Source: Histomonas meleagridis 2922-C6/04-290x
Taxonomy: Eukaryota > Protista > Parabasalia
Length of the DNA stretch: 64,000 nt
Assembly (NCBI GenBank): GCA_020184695.1
Contig: JAANOX010000225.1
Coordinates: 74,095 to 138,094, forward strand
Reading direction: 5' to 3'
Positions 21,971 through 32,507 of the stretch are shown piece by piece (position 1 is the stretch's first letter; the number at the start of each line of letters is the position of its first letter). The position numbers and the translations under genes were made by a program. The notes below the pieces were generated by a model. It searched no databases. It was not told where the DNA came from and saw nothing but the letters and a program-made list of their open reading frames with translations.

Positions 21971-24898
21971 ATGGAATCACTTATTGAACTCAAAAAATAT
22001 ATTTTTAATATAGATGATGAAAATTTTAATGATACTATTAATCTTGCGATGACATTATTTAATCCAAGTTTCTCATACTCGTTTAATTTAATCATAAGCA
22101 ATTTAGTTTATTATTCATTTTTATCTCAAAAGCGTCCGATTGAAATTTATATTAAATATTTAGAGGATATCCAAATTAAAGTAGAAAGTCTAAAAAATGA
22201 ATCCAAAGTCATAGAGAATTTTAGTGAATACATCTCTAATATCGAATCACAAGAATCCAATATATCCTTGAGAAAATGATTGAATTAGAATTAATATCAA
22301 CAGATTTAATCGAAAATAAAAATTCATTTTATTTTGCTCATTATTTTGATACAAAAACAATTGATCAGATAAAATATCAGAAAAATCAAACATCATTTTA
22401 TCAATATTTCTTTAATAATTATGATCAACTTTCAAAGAATGATTGGGAACGACATAAAAAATATGTTAAAGAAGGAGTTAATCCAAATGAAATTTCAAAA
22501 ATAATTCGAAATGATGAAATCGAAAAACTTCAAGAAATATCATCACAAAATGAATTTAATTTTAATCAAATAATTGAACCATCACTTTATGAGAGATGGT
22601 CATTTATAAATAAAGAAAATGTTTCATTAATTGATTTTTCAGCATTTTTTGGATCAGTTAAATGTTTTAAATATCAACTTATGAATGGAGCAAATGTAAT
22701 TAATACAGGCAAATATGCGATTGCAGGTGGAAATTTGGAAATTATTTATTTATGTGAACAAAATAATTCAAAATTCGATAATACATATGAAATTGCAATA
22801 GAATTTCATCGAATTGATGTTTTTTATTAGCCTCGAATGGATATGATCTAAAATGGAAAATGAATATAATAAATGATAAAAATTTATGTTTTCTTACATA
22901 TCCTGAAATCCAACAAGTTTCATTTAGCAATTGTTCCAATCTCATCATTTATAGCGGTTTTCAACTGTCATTTTTATATGAAAAAAATTGGATTTTCAAC
23001 TTTTTGAACCAGGTTTTACTTCCTTCGGAAAGGGAGCACCAATTGGTGAATTATCTTGGACATCTGGTACAACAAAGTTCGTTTCGTTGAAAGCTTCAGC
23101 AACAACTTTAATGCGCTTCGTGGTCTCTGTTGACCCGATTTGAAGCATCAAAGCCTTATCGTCTTTTTGGAGAACGTTTAGAATTTCTTTGCAGTCGGTT
23201 AACGATGAGCAGATGGGGATGAAAAGCGTGTTGCAGCCTTTGTCTGTAAGTTTGTGTGAGATGCTATCGCACAGCATACGAGCAGTGGAGTTACTGATGT
23301 CATCTGGTGTAAAACAAATTATATAGATATTATACTTGGAAAAATCAAATTCTGGTTTTTGCTCAACAGCTGGTGGGGGTTCTGCTTGAAAAGAGAGAGT
23401 AGTGGGTGTTTCAGGTTGAATTGCTTCAGTGGATAATTTATCATCATTTGATTTGTCTAAATCTTGCGTATTTTCCTGTGGCTGATCAGTGGGTTCTGTG
23501 GTTTCGATGGTTTGGGTGATTTCTGGAGAATCATTTTGCTGTGGTTCAGATGTATTTGGAGAGGATGCTTCCTCTGTATTTGATTGCTATGGATTTGGTG
23601 AATCTTCTGTTATTGGCTGTGATGGTGGTGGAACTTCTAGAATCTCAACAAATGGCTTTGAGCCTTTTGGTGCTACAGAAGAATAACATGTAGATTGCCT
23701 CCTTTTTTGACGCCTTTGTATGGCGTCATAGAAAGCCATAGTTCGTCCACCGATTTGAAGAAATTATCTTAAAAATTATATGATAACATTAAGTATTAAT
23801 TATGGAAGTTATGAAATTTTATCATTCTTAGAAAATGAAGTAAACAAAAATGAAGCTTTTCTCATAAATGAATCAGCAAGAAATGGAAATATATATCTTC
23901 TTAAACATTATATTCAAAATAGTTCACTTCCAAAAGATATTTTATTTAAAGCATTAGAATCAAAAAATATTGAACTAATTCAATATGTTCTTGATCTTGA
24001 AGGTATTAACATTAATTATAAAATGTTTTTGACTTCTTTTTAAATTTTCTTTAAATATATTGGTATTTCAAAATGATTTTTAGAATTTGTTTAAATATTT
24101 TACAGCACTTATGTGCGTATCTGAAGAAGACCAAACAGAAGTAGCAAAATTACTGCTAAAACACAAAGATATTGATGCAAAAAACATTTATTTAATATTT
24201 TTAATGTTTATTTTATGTTATATAATATTTTAAAGTTATATTTGGAATTTATTCAAATGGTTTCAAACAGCACTTATGCTTGCTTCTCAAAATGGTAGTC
24301 TAGAAATAGTTAAATCACTTCTTGAATTTAAAAGTATTGATATTAATACTAAAAACATTTATTTCATATTTCCAATGTTTAATTTTGTTATTTAATATTT
24401 TAAAGTTATATTTGGAATTTATGTAAATAGTTTCAAACACCAATTATGTATGCATGTGAAAATGGACATATTGAAATCGTTAAATTACTTCTTGAACAAG
24501 AAGGAATCGATTTCAATGCGCAAAACATTAATTTAACATTTTTAGAGTTTGTTTTCCTCATTTGGTAATCCAAAATTCCATTTGGAGATTATTTGTATTA
24601 TTAGAACATTACTTATGTTTGCATCAGATAAAAATCATTTCAATATTGTTAAATTGCTTCTTGAGCAAAAAGGAATTGATATCAATGCCAAAAATATTTA
24701 TTTTTAAAATAAAAATTTTATTTTTAAAATTTAATATCTACAAATAATAAATGGAAAACATTCAAATTATTTTATACAGCACTTATGCGTGCATCAACTC
24801 ATTACCAAGTGGAAATTGCTAAAATCCTTCTTGAACAAGAAGGAATTGATATTGAAAAGGAGGTATATTGCAAGCTCAAAACCAAAAGTCGGAAGTAA
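21971..24898 (+). other. Ankyrin locus B: DUF3447-type N-terminus plus ankyrin cassettes with 5 spacers, interrupted by a 0.93-kb antisense insert
   Basis: IIEPSLYERWSFIN...LIDFSAFFGSVKCFKY...YAIAGGNLEII is typical of trichomonad DUF3447 ankyrin proteins. Spacers are 77, 81, 80, 79 and 80 nt. The terminal cassette ends KSRK* at 24898. Confidence 0.85.
22827..23753 (-). pseudogene. Pyroglutamyl-peptidase I (C15)-like gene copy inserted antisense in ankyrin locus B
   Basis: Minus-strand ATG at 23739 (MAFYDAIQRRQ...), Pro/Glu-rich linker with an in-frame TAG at about 23588, then LMLQIGS...EAFNETNFVVPDVQDNSP (Pcp-like). Degraded C-terminal ..YIHFP. GC-richer than its flanks. Confidence 0.65.
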
Positions 24899-25380
24899 AA
24901 AAGATAGGTTTCGAGCTAATGTCTTACAAAAAGTTTTATCGATAAAAAACAATATTGGAACCTATCAGAAGAAATTCAAAAATGCATAATGTTTAGAATA
25001 AATAACACTAGCATATTACCATATTATTGTAATGAAAAAATCTTTTGAAAAGTGTTGAATCGGAACTACTCTTGCGGTATTTAAAAAAATGGAATTTGTT
25101 GACGAAGCATAATCATACAAAGGATATAGAAAGATAGATTAGAGAAAGCAGGAGCTGAATAGGGAAGGTTTTTATCTATCAAGGATAAAGCTGTATGCGA
25201 AAAATTTGTTTCCTTAGCGTAAGTGACCTTTCAAAATTCGACCACTTCCTATGCTGTCATTCAATTCGGCTGGGCATCGAGCTTCGAATATTGTTGAGAA
25301 TACTTTAATTCAAAAATTCAACTTTTTAAACGATTTAAATCATAATATGTACATATTATCAAAAAAAAATTTTCTTCACA

Positions 25381-25387
25381 TCACTTT
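25381..25387 (+). promoter_or_regulatory. Inr-like element TCACTTT
   Basis: 10 nt upstream of ATG 25391; matches the trichomonad Inr TCA(T/C)(T/A). Confidence 0.55.
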
Positions 25388-25390
25388 TTA

Positions 25391-26203
25391 ATGAAAAGGA
25401 ATCTCTTTAAAGCTGAAGCAGAAGAAACAATGAATGTAATTAAAAATGGATGTTATACATCACCAAGCGGAGAAGTTCACATGATTAAAGATCAAGTTGA
25501 ATATTCAATTCATAATTCTATTCTCTACGAACCTGATCAAATTTCGCAATTACCAGAATGCCCAAACAGAGCAGGAGTTATACAGGTTACTAAAGAGTCA
25601 ACCTTTGAGGCATGCTATCGACTGATTCGAAAAGAGATAATGTTACTTGTTTAAACTTTGCATCAGGAAGAAAGCCAGGAGGTGGATTTCTCAACGGCTC
25701 CCAGGCTCAAGAAGAAATGTTATGCCGTTGTTCATGTTTATATTCAACTCAAATTATTCATCAAAAAATGTATCAATTCAACCAAGCCAATGGTTCTCAT
25801 CTTTACAGCGACTATATGATATACTCGCCGAACGCCGTGGTATTTAGGAAAGACAATGGAGAATTTCTTGATGATCCATATCAAGTTTCGATAATCACCG
25901 CTCCAGCTCCAAACAACACAGGGAGAAATACACAGGAAGAAGTCAATAATACAATGCTTGTGAGATGCCGAAAAATTATTCATCGAAAATAGATGTAAAG
26001 TTTTGGTCCTTGGAGCTTTTGGCTGTGGGGTCTTTCGAAACTCCCCAACAAGAGTTGCATTAATATTTCGTCAGTTACTAGTTGATGAAGGTCTTGGTAA
26101 ATATTTTGATTTGATTGTTCATCCAATCTTTACCAAACGAGACAATGATATAAATTATTGTGGATTTGAAGGAGTATATAAGGACATAGCAACATTTATT
26201 TGA
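25391..26203 (+). pseudogene. TIGR02452 / microbial-type poly(ADP-ribose) glycohydrolase macrodomain, in three frames
   Basis: AEETM, VTKESTFEA, LNFAS...PGGGFLNGSQAQEEMLCR.S.LY, IYSP..VVFR and VLGAFGCGVFRN. Breaks near 25635 and 25985, the second apparently a multi-base deletion. Confidence 0.88.
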
Positions 26204-26649
26204 GAATTTATATATTTCAAAAAATTGAATAATTTACCCCCATATATGCAAATTTTAAATAAAAGTAAGACCGTAATCTGATATAACATCTTTTGTGATT
26301 ATATCATCTTGTGTCATTTGAAAAAAAAAATATTATTCAAAGTTCCTTTATAAAATCATCATTCTATTCCATATTATTTTCAAATTTATTTTAATAAATT
26401 TATTCGTATAACAGAAAATATTTCAATTTATTATTATTTAGCAACATCAGAGCAAAAGAAGAACTCCCATGGACCATTTTGGGTTTGTTGACCCTCTCCT
26501 TCTCATGCATATGCATCCTTAGTACACTCAACTTGATCGCGTTATTCACAAATAAACAATAGTGTTTGTTCCATGAAATCCGATAGGGTAAATTTGAGAA
26601 TTTTTATAAATGCGGATAGGAATATTTTTATAGAACACAGTACAACCTT

Positions 26650-26990
26650 ATTTTCAAATAGATTTATGAAAATAAAATTGTTGCAATTAGTGATATAGAA
26701 AAATTAGGCATTGATTTCGTTTTTTATTATAACTATGAAATTTTAATGTTTATTAAGTAAAAGAAGGAATGAAAATCAATGATTCTATAATTAATAAATC
26801 AGCACGTATTGGGAACATATATCTTTTCTTGAAGAAAATCAAATTTCAAATAATATATTAATTTATTTATCAATATCAGGAAACATTCAACTAGTTATAA
26901 ATGTTTGAAATCTTAAAGGAATTGATATTAATGCAAAAGATATTTATTTGTTTTCTTTGATATTTGTTTGAATAATTTTCAAATATATTT
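26650..26990 (+). pseudogene. Decayed DUF3447/ankyrin fragment
   Basis: Homologous by eye to 55240-55480 and ends in GIDINAKD plus a partial 20-nt-unit spacer. Stops and indels occur inside the coding part. Confidence 0.6.
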
Positions 26991-27119
26991 TTACACAATC
27001 AATAATTTAACAAAGATTTTTAAATTGCTCATTCCTGAAATGAACACTTTGATTTGTATTCAGTTTATTTCAAAGCTTTGAATTGTTTTTGAGATGAAAA
27101 CGATTATGTAAACTACATA

Positions 27120-28041
27120 TTGTATTTAATACTAAAAGTGGCATTTCGTATGGAATCTCAAGCAAAAAGCAAAATTCATGAAAACGAATTGGAAAAATTA
27201 ATATATATCAAGAATTTATTAATCAATTTAAGCAAAGAAAACATATTGAAAATGTCTGAAGATACAAATGATTTAGTAAGTTTTTGTATCAAAAAAGATA
27301 ATTATGAAATTTTAGCATTTTTGGAAGAAAAAGGAATTAATGTTAATGCTTATAATATAAATGTATCAGCAAGGAATGGAAATTTATATCTCGTTCAATA
27401 TTTCCTTCAAAATAACCAAACTCCAAAAAATGTTTTGCCATTTGCTTCAGAATCAGGAAATATTGAACTTGTAAAATTACTTTTAGATAAAGAAGGTATT
27501 GATGTTAATGCAAAAAATATTTATTTGAATAATTTGAAATATGTTATAATAATTTGAAATATGTTTTAATAATTTAGAATATGTTTTAATAATTTTATAT
27601 ATGTTTTAATAATTTGAAATATGTTTTAATAATTTGAAACAGCACTTCATATAGCAGTTAGAAACAATAATATAGAAATAGTAAAATTACTTTTAGATAA
27701 AGGAATTGATATTAATACAAAATATATTCATTCGAATAATTTTTTATATGTTTTAATAATTTGGAATATGTTTTAATAATTTTTTATATGTTTTAATCTT
27801 TTGAAATATGTTATAATAATTTGAAACAGCACTTCATATAGCAGTTGAAAATAATAATATAGAAATAGTAAAATTACTTTTAGATAAAGGAATTAATATT
27901 AATGTAAAATATATTCATTTGAATAATTTAATATATGTTTTAATAATTTAAAACATGTTTTAACAATATTTGATTGAAATTCAAATAGCACAACAAAAAA
28001 GCTATACAGAAATAGTAAAATTACTCCGTGAAAAAATCTAA
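27120..28041 (+). other. Ankyrin locus C: cassettes separated by 120-, 100- and 60-nt arrays of a near-perfect 20-mer
   Basis: ORF 27120-27557 runs into spacer 27519-27638 (6 units). Then cassette 27639-27725, spacer 27726-27825 (5 units), cassette 27826-27912, spacer 27913-27972 (3 units) and a terminal cassette to TAA 28041. Unit ATATGTTTTAATAATTTGAA. Confidence 0.9.
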
Positions 28042-28803
28042 TCCAAAACTCACAAACACCAAATCTTCACCTCCAACCAGAAAATGAAACGAATATTTTC
28101 AATTGAGAATCAAGCTTTTGAAAAAATTCAAAGTTGAACTTCCAGTAAATTGAATGAAAAACGATTATATCCATGGCTTATAAACGGTCGCTAGCGAAAA
28201 AATATTGTTTTGTGTTAGATATATTGATTATTAGATATCATTATTGGAAACCATATATAAAAAAAATTGAAAAAAGCTGATTATTATTTTTTAATCAGAA
28301 AATGGTTTAAGAAACAAAAACTATTGAAAAAAGCACGTCAAAAACATTGAATTCAAAACGATTAAAAACAATTCAATCATAAAAAAATGAGGATTAAATG
28401 AATCAAGAATGGATATAAGTGATAAAATGAAATAAATAACCTCAAGATATTGTAAAAAATATTTTCAATAAAGTGATAGAGAGATATTGGAGAAATTTTG
28501 AAAAAAAATTGAAAGATAACTTAATACAGATTCCACATCTAAATGTGTTTAACCGTTTTTCGAAAAAGTGGTGAAATTCCAAAATGAAACGAAAATATCT
28601 TTATCAAGAAATAATATTTCTTAAATTTTATAAAATTATTTGTTGGATCAATATTCGTATGAATTCATCTCAAAATACCATATATATCACTTAAAGAGAA
28701 TATATATTATATATTAATTAAAAAATATGATATAATGCATGTTAATTTCCATAAAACACATCTCTTTGTGACCGTTAAATTTTTTATAAACGTATTTCAT
28801 AAG

Positions 28804-29163
28804 ATGATGGAACTTAGCGAAGAAGAAAGCGTAATGCTTGACGTCTCAAGGAAAATTGCCAAGGAAAACTTAGATTTAAACTTGACATGCATTGAAGCAT
28901 TAATTTCAAATTCAAGAAAAATTGCAGGTCTCAAAAAAATGAATCGAGCTGTTCTTGCTCAAGAAGCAAATTTAGACTACGTTGAGTACATGTGTGAAAA
29001 AGATGCGTATGATACGGCTTCTCAAGAATATGACGGTTTTAAATATACCAGATTCGAACAAACAAATGACAGAACCGATCGTTATGACGATTATACTCAA
29101 AATGATCAACCATATCACTACCAATTTGACAAAACAAAAAGACCTCGCATATTTAGTGGATAA
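28804..29163 (+). CDS. Hypothetical protein (about 119 aa)
   Basis: ATG at 28804 preceded by M3-like GACCGTTA (28770-28777); convergent with Ctf4. Confidence 0.55.
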   Translation: MMELSEEESVMLDVSRKIAKENLDLNLTCIEALISNSRKIAGLKKMNRAVLAQEANLDYVEYMCEKDAYDTASQEYDGFKYTRFEQTNDRTDRYDDYTQNDQPYHYQFDKTKRPRIFSG

Positions 29164-29199
29164 TGTAAATAAAAATATTTTTTATTTAATAAAAAAAAA

Positions 29200-32091
29200 T
29201 TATTCTTCTATAGAATCTTCGTCTTCATCCACCGAATCTTCATTGTTATTCGCTTCTTTTGTCTGTGTTTCCTCATCCACCGAGTCATTCTCAATCGCCA
29301 ATTGATTATCATCATTTTCCTTTAGATTACTATCTTCGCCAACAGAATCTTCGTTTTCACTTTCCTTCGGATGAGTTTCTTCATTTACAGAATCTTCATT
29401 TTCATTTTTATGATAATCTTCATCAACAGAATTTTCGTTTTCTTTTGGAGTTTCGTTATCTCCTTGTTGTTCTTCTGATTCTTCATCACTTTCTTGGAGG
29501 TTTTCTGCATAAAATTGAGCCAAATTATCAGCGACATCATCCACATCCTTCGACTTTGCGTATTGTATTGCAAACATTTTTCCTTTGTCGGATTTCATCT
29601 GCAAGCCAATCTGATACATTTTTTCATGGTCATCAATTTCTTGCGCAGATGCAAATAACTTTAATAATTCTTTATCCATTTTCATTGCAGCTGCTCCTTT
29701 GTCAGTAGCATTACAGTATTCCATTTTTCTATATAAATAATCTTTCGCTGTATCATCAATTGTTAATGGTTCAATCAACAATCCTTTTAATTTTTGATGG
29801 CTTACAGTAAGAGGACTTTCTTCATTTTCATTTAAAAACACTCCCCATAAATTACTTTTTCCTACACCAACAGCCCAAAATGAATCTTTTTCATTTTCAA
29901 GCTTTATTTGAACGTCACAAAGAGGTACCCATTGTGAGCCAAAATTAAATATAAGTCCATAAAGTTGATTATCATTTCCAAGGACGTATAAAGTTGTTTG
30001 ATCAAATCCAATCCACTTTAACGGTTTCCGTATCGGCAAATTTCCTTCAGCAACCACTTTTCTATGCTTTACATTAAAAAGTTTGAAGTCTGAATATTCT
30101 CCATAAACTATTGCAAGTAATTCACCAGCGCCTATCATTGATGTTAATCTACTAGCGACAGGAATTATAGCTATTTCAAGTCCGGAAGACATATATAAAT
30201 GTAATCTTGGAGCTTCTGTTGCTATTGCGAACCAATCTTCACCACAAGCAATTAAGTCAATTGTTTCATTGTCAGGGAAGCGTGTAGAAAATTCATTGTC
30301 ATTTGCCCATGACAAGAATGATTTAAACCAGACATAAGTACGTGATGCTAATACAATGCCACCAGTTGATAAAGATCCCAAAATGAAATTATCCCTATTT
30401 TCGAAGTGTTGGTCCTTGTATTTTGTTGTATCAGCGAATTCTATATCTATTGATGAACCTTCATCAACATTTTCTCTCAAGAAGATTGTTCCGATTAAAT
30501 TCCAACAAAGGAATCTTCTTTTGTTCACGAAGGTCGATGTACTTCCGGGCATCATTTGATGTAACTCATCTTTATCTTCATCATAATCGGAATCGAAATG
30601 ATACATTTTTTCCAAATTTTCTTCTTCTTCATCTTCTTCATCTTCATCAACAGATTGATCACTTCCAACAATAAACGCTTTGTCAAGTTTCTTTTCACGT
30701 TTTTCATTCTCTTTCATTTCTTCATCTTCGCTCTCATCTTCTGATGTTGTCGAAGGTGTTGTTGAATATTCTTCTTGTTCTTCGTCATCGATTTCTTCGT
30801 TTGCATATTTCTTTGCGAGCATTTGAAACATTTCTTCCGAATTACGCTTTGGTCGATTAATTTCTTCGTTAGTTTTAACATTTTTATTTGCGGATGCATA
30901 TTCGTGAAGTTCTGATGAAGATGTTTCATCAGTTTCTTCTGCTTCATCCATAGCAAAAGCATAAATTCCTTTTCGTTTTTTATGGACTTCATATTCTTCT
31001 TCTTCTTCTTCCTCTTCTTCATCAAATTTTAATTGTGGCTTTGATTTCTTTAGTGGCTTTGTGATAAGTGTTGGATGCTTTTTAAGTGGAATTTCATCAG
31101 ATGAACTTTCAAGTTCTTTTTCTGATTCTTCAATTTGTTCATATTCGGGAATTTCATTTAAGCTTTCTGAATCAATTGGACTTAATATGGAATAATTCCC
31201 ATCATCTGTTCCAATACATATATTGTTATTAACCCAAAGAATTACATTAATAGATGATTCAAGAGCGATATGAAATGTTGCTACTAATGAGATTTCATTG
31301 TTATCTATATATTTATTAAGGCGAGAAACAACAACATTAAATGATGAATCAATTGTGGACATTAAACTTGTGTTCGATACTGAACATGCTGTAATCGGTA
31401 ACGAATGTTTGGGTACCTTCATAACCGATTTGTAATCTTCTGAAAAATTGAATACGTGAACGATTGAATTACTTGATGCGTCTGAAACTATAAGATAAGA
31501 ATCTGGAGACCAACATATTGCTTGCCGAATTGCTTTTATGTTTTCAGATTGTACGTTATCAAATTCTTCTCCACGGTATGCATAAAGTTCTCCTGTTTCA
31601 TTAATTGAAACAAGTGTTTTTGAATCTGGACTAAATTGTAAATATATAACTTTGCTTGTGTTATCATATAAAGAAATTGGTTCTGAACCTGGATTTGTTA
31701 AATTAATAATTGTGATTTGTGGATCTTCTCCTGTAAATGCTAAATATTCCCCATTTGAAGAAACTGTAATCAATTCAGTAATTGTGTCGGAAGTATATAT
31801 TTTTTGTATATCTGTACATTCTGGCCATCCTACTTTCATTATATCTTTTCCTTCATCTGAAAATGCAAATGAATTTAAAGTTGGAATACAAGAAATAGAT
31901 CTAATACGAAAATCACTAATAGATGCAAGAGTAAAATCATCTGAAGGTTCTAATGTTGTTAATGATACAACAATTAAAATACCATCTTCTTCACCAACTG
32001 AGAGCAGGTAATTTCCATCAGGCGATACAATAACTTCCCTTATTGGTCCAAAATGTACCAACTGTGTTTTTAGAATGGTTGGATTTTCCAT
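29200..32091 (-). CDS. CTF4: Ctf4/AND-1/WDHD1 replisome hub (WD40 + SepB domain + acidic tail)
   Basis: N-terminal WD40, SepB signature MPGSTS...RRFLCWNLIGTI, IDIEFAD, F.SWANDNEF and ACGEDWFAIAT. Confidence 0.9.
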   Translation of the reverse strand: MENPTILKTQLVHFGPIREVIVSPDGNYLLSVGEEDGILIVVSLTTLEPSDDFTLASISDFRIRSISCIPTLNSFAFSDEGKDIMKVGWPECTDIQKIYTSDTITELITVSSNGEYLAFTGEDPQITIINLTNPGSEPISLYDNTSKVIYLQFSPDSKTLVSINETGELYAYRGEEFDNVQSENIKAIRQAICWSPDSYLIVSDASSNSIVHVFNFSEDYKSVMKVPKHSLPITACSVSNTSLMSTIDSSFNVVVSRLNKYIDNNEISLVATFHIALESSINVILWVNNNICIGTDDGNYSILSPIDSESLNEIPEYEQIEESEKELESSSDEIPLKKHPTLITKPLKKSKPQLKFDEEEEEEEEEYEVHKKRKGIYAFAMDEAEETDETSSSELHEYASANKNVKTNEEINRPKRNSEEMFQMLAKKYANEEIDDEEQEEYSTTPSTTSEDESEDEEMKENEKREKKLDKAFIVGSDQSVDEDEEDEEEENLEKMYHFDSDYDEDKDELHQMMPGSTSTFVNKRRFLCWNLIGTIFLRENVDEGSSIDIEFADTTKYKDQHFENRDNFILGSLSTGGIVLASRTYVWFKSFLSWANDNEFSTRFPDNETIDLIACGEDWFAIATEAPRLHLYMSSGLEIAIIPVASRLTSMIGAGELLAIVYGEYSDFKLFNVKHRKVVAEGNLPIRKPLKWIGFDQTTLYVLGNDNQLYGLIFNFGSQWVPLCDVQIKLENEKDSFWAVGVGKSNLWGVFLNENEESPLTVSHQKLKGLLIEPLTIDDTAKDYLYRKMEYCNATDKGAAAMKMDKELLKLFASAQEIDDHEKMYQIGLQMKSDKGKMFAIQYAKSKDVDDVADNLAQFYAENLQESDEESEEQQGDNETPKENENSVDEDYHKNENEDSVNEETHPKESENEDSVGEDSNLKENDDNQLAIENDSVDEETQTKEANNNEDSVDEDEDSIEE

Positions 32092-32507
32092 GGGAAGAAG
32101 TATGTGATTGAATGCTTACTTGGTCATTTATCGTGTACGTTAACTAATTCTAATAAACGTGTTCCACCCAAACTTCTTTTGAAAACACGCACTTTTTGCA
32201 CGTTAAAAGACGTTTATTTTTTTGTTATTATGCAAAAAACACTATTAAAATAGGAACCATCCATCCTCTACTAGATTTTTTGCATTCTGTACCAAAACAT
32301 GGCTAGCTTGTATGTCTCTGTAATGCAAAATCTACAATTAAACTTTCGCATGTTTCACCAAACCTTATGCCCACGCAAGCCAATTTTCCTCATTGCATAC
32401 ACAAAATGTCAGTATCAGCTGAATCCGAAAGACGTACTTATGCTGATTTTATATACAATATAAAATTACAATGTTCAATTAATCTATTTATTATATATCA
32501 AATAAAA

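Noticed and set aside
23708-23728. Perfect 7-bp hairpin TGACGCC-N7-GGCGTCA as a Helitron terminal hairpin or terminator
   Set aside because: It lies within the coding start of the inserted gene and at the opposite end from the CTAA terminus; probably coincidental.
27519-27972. CRISPR array interpretation of the repeat/cassette pattern
   Set aside because: The context is eukaryotic with no cas genes, the variable parts are homologous ankyrin codons, and the repeats are themselves tandem AT-rich multimers.
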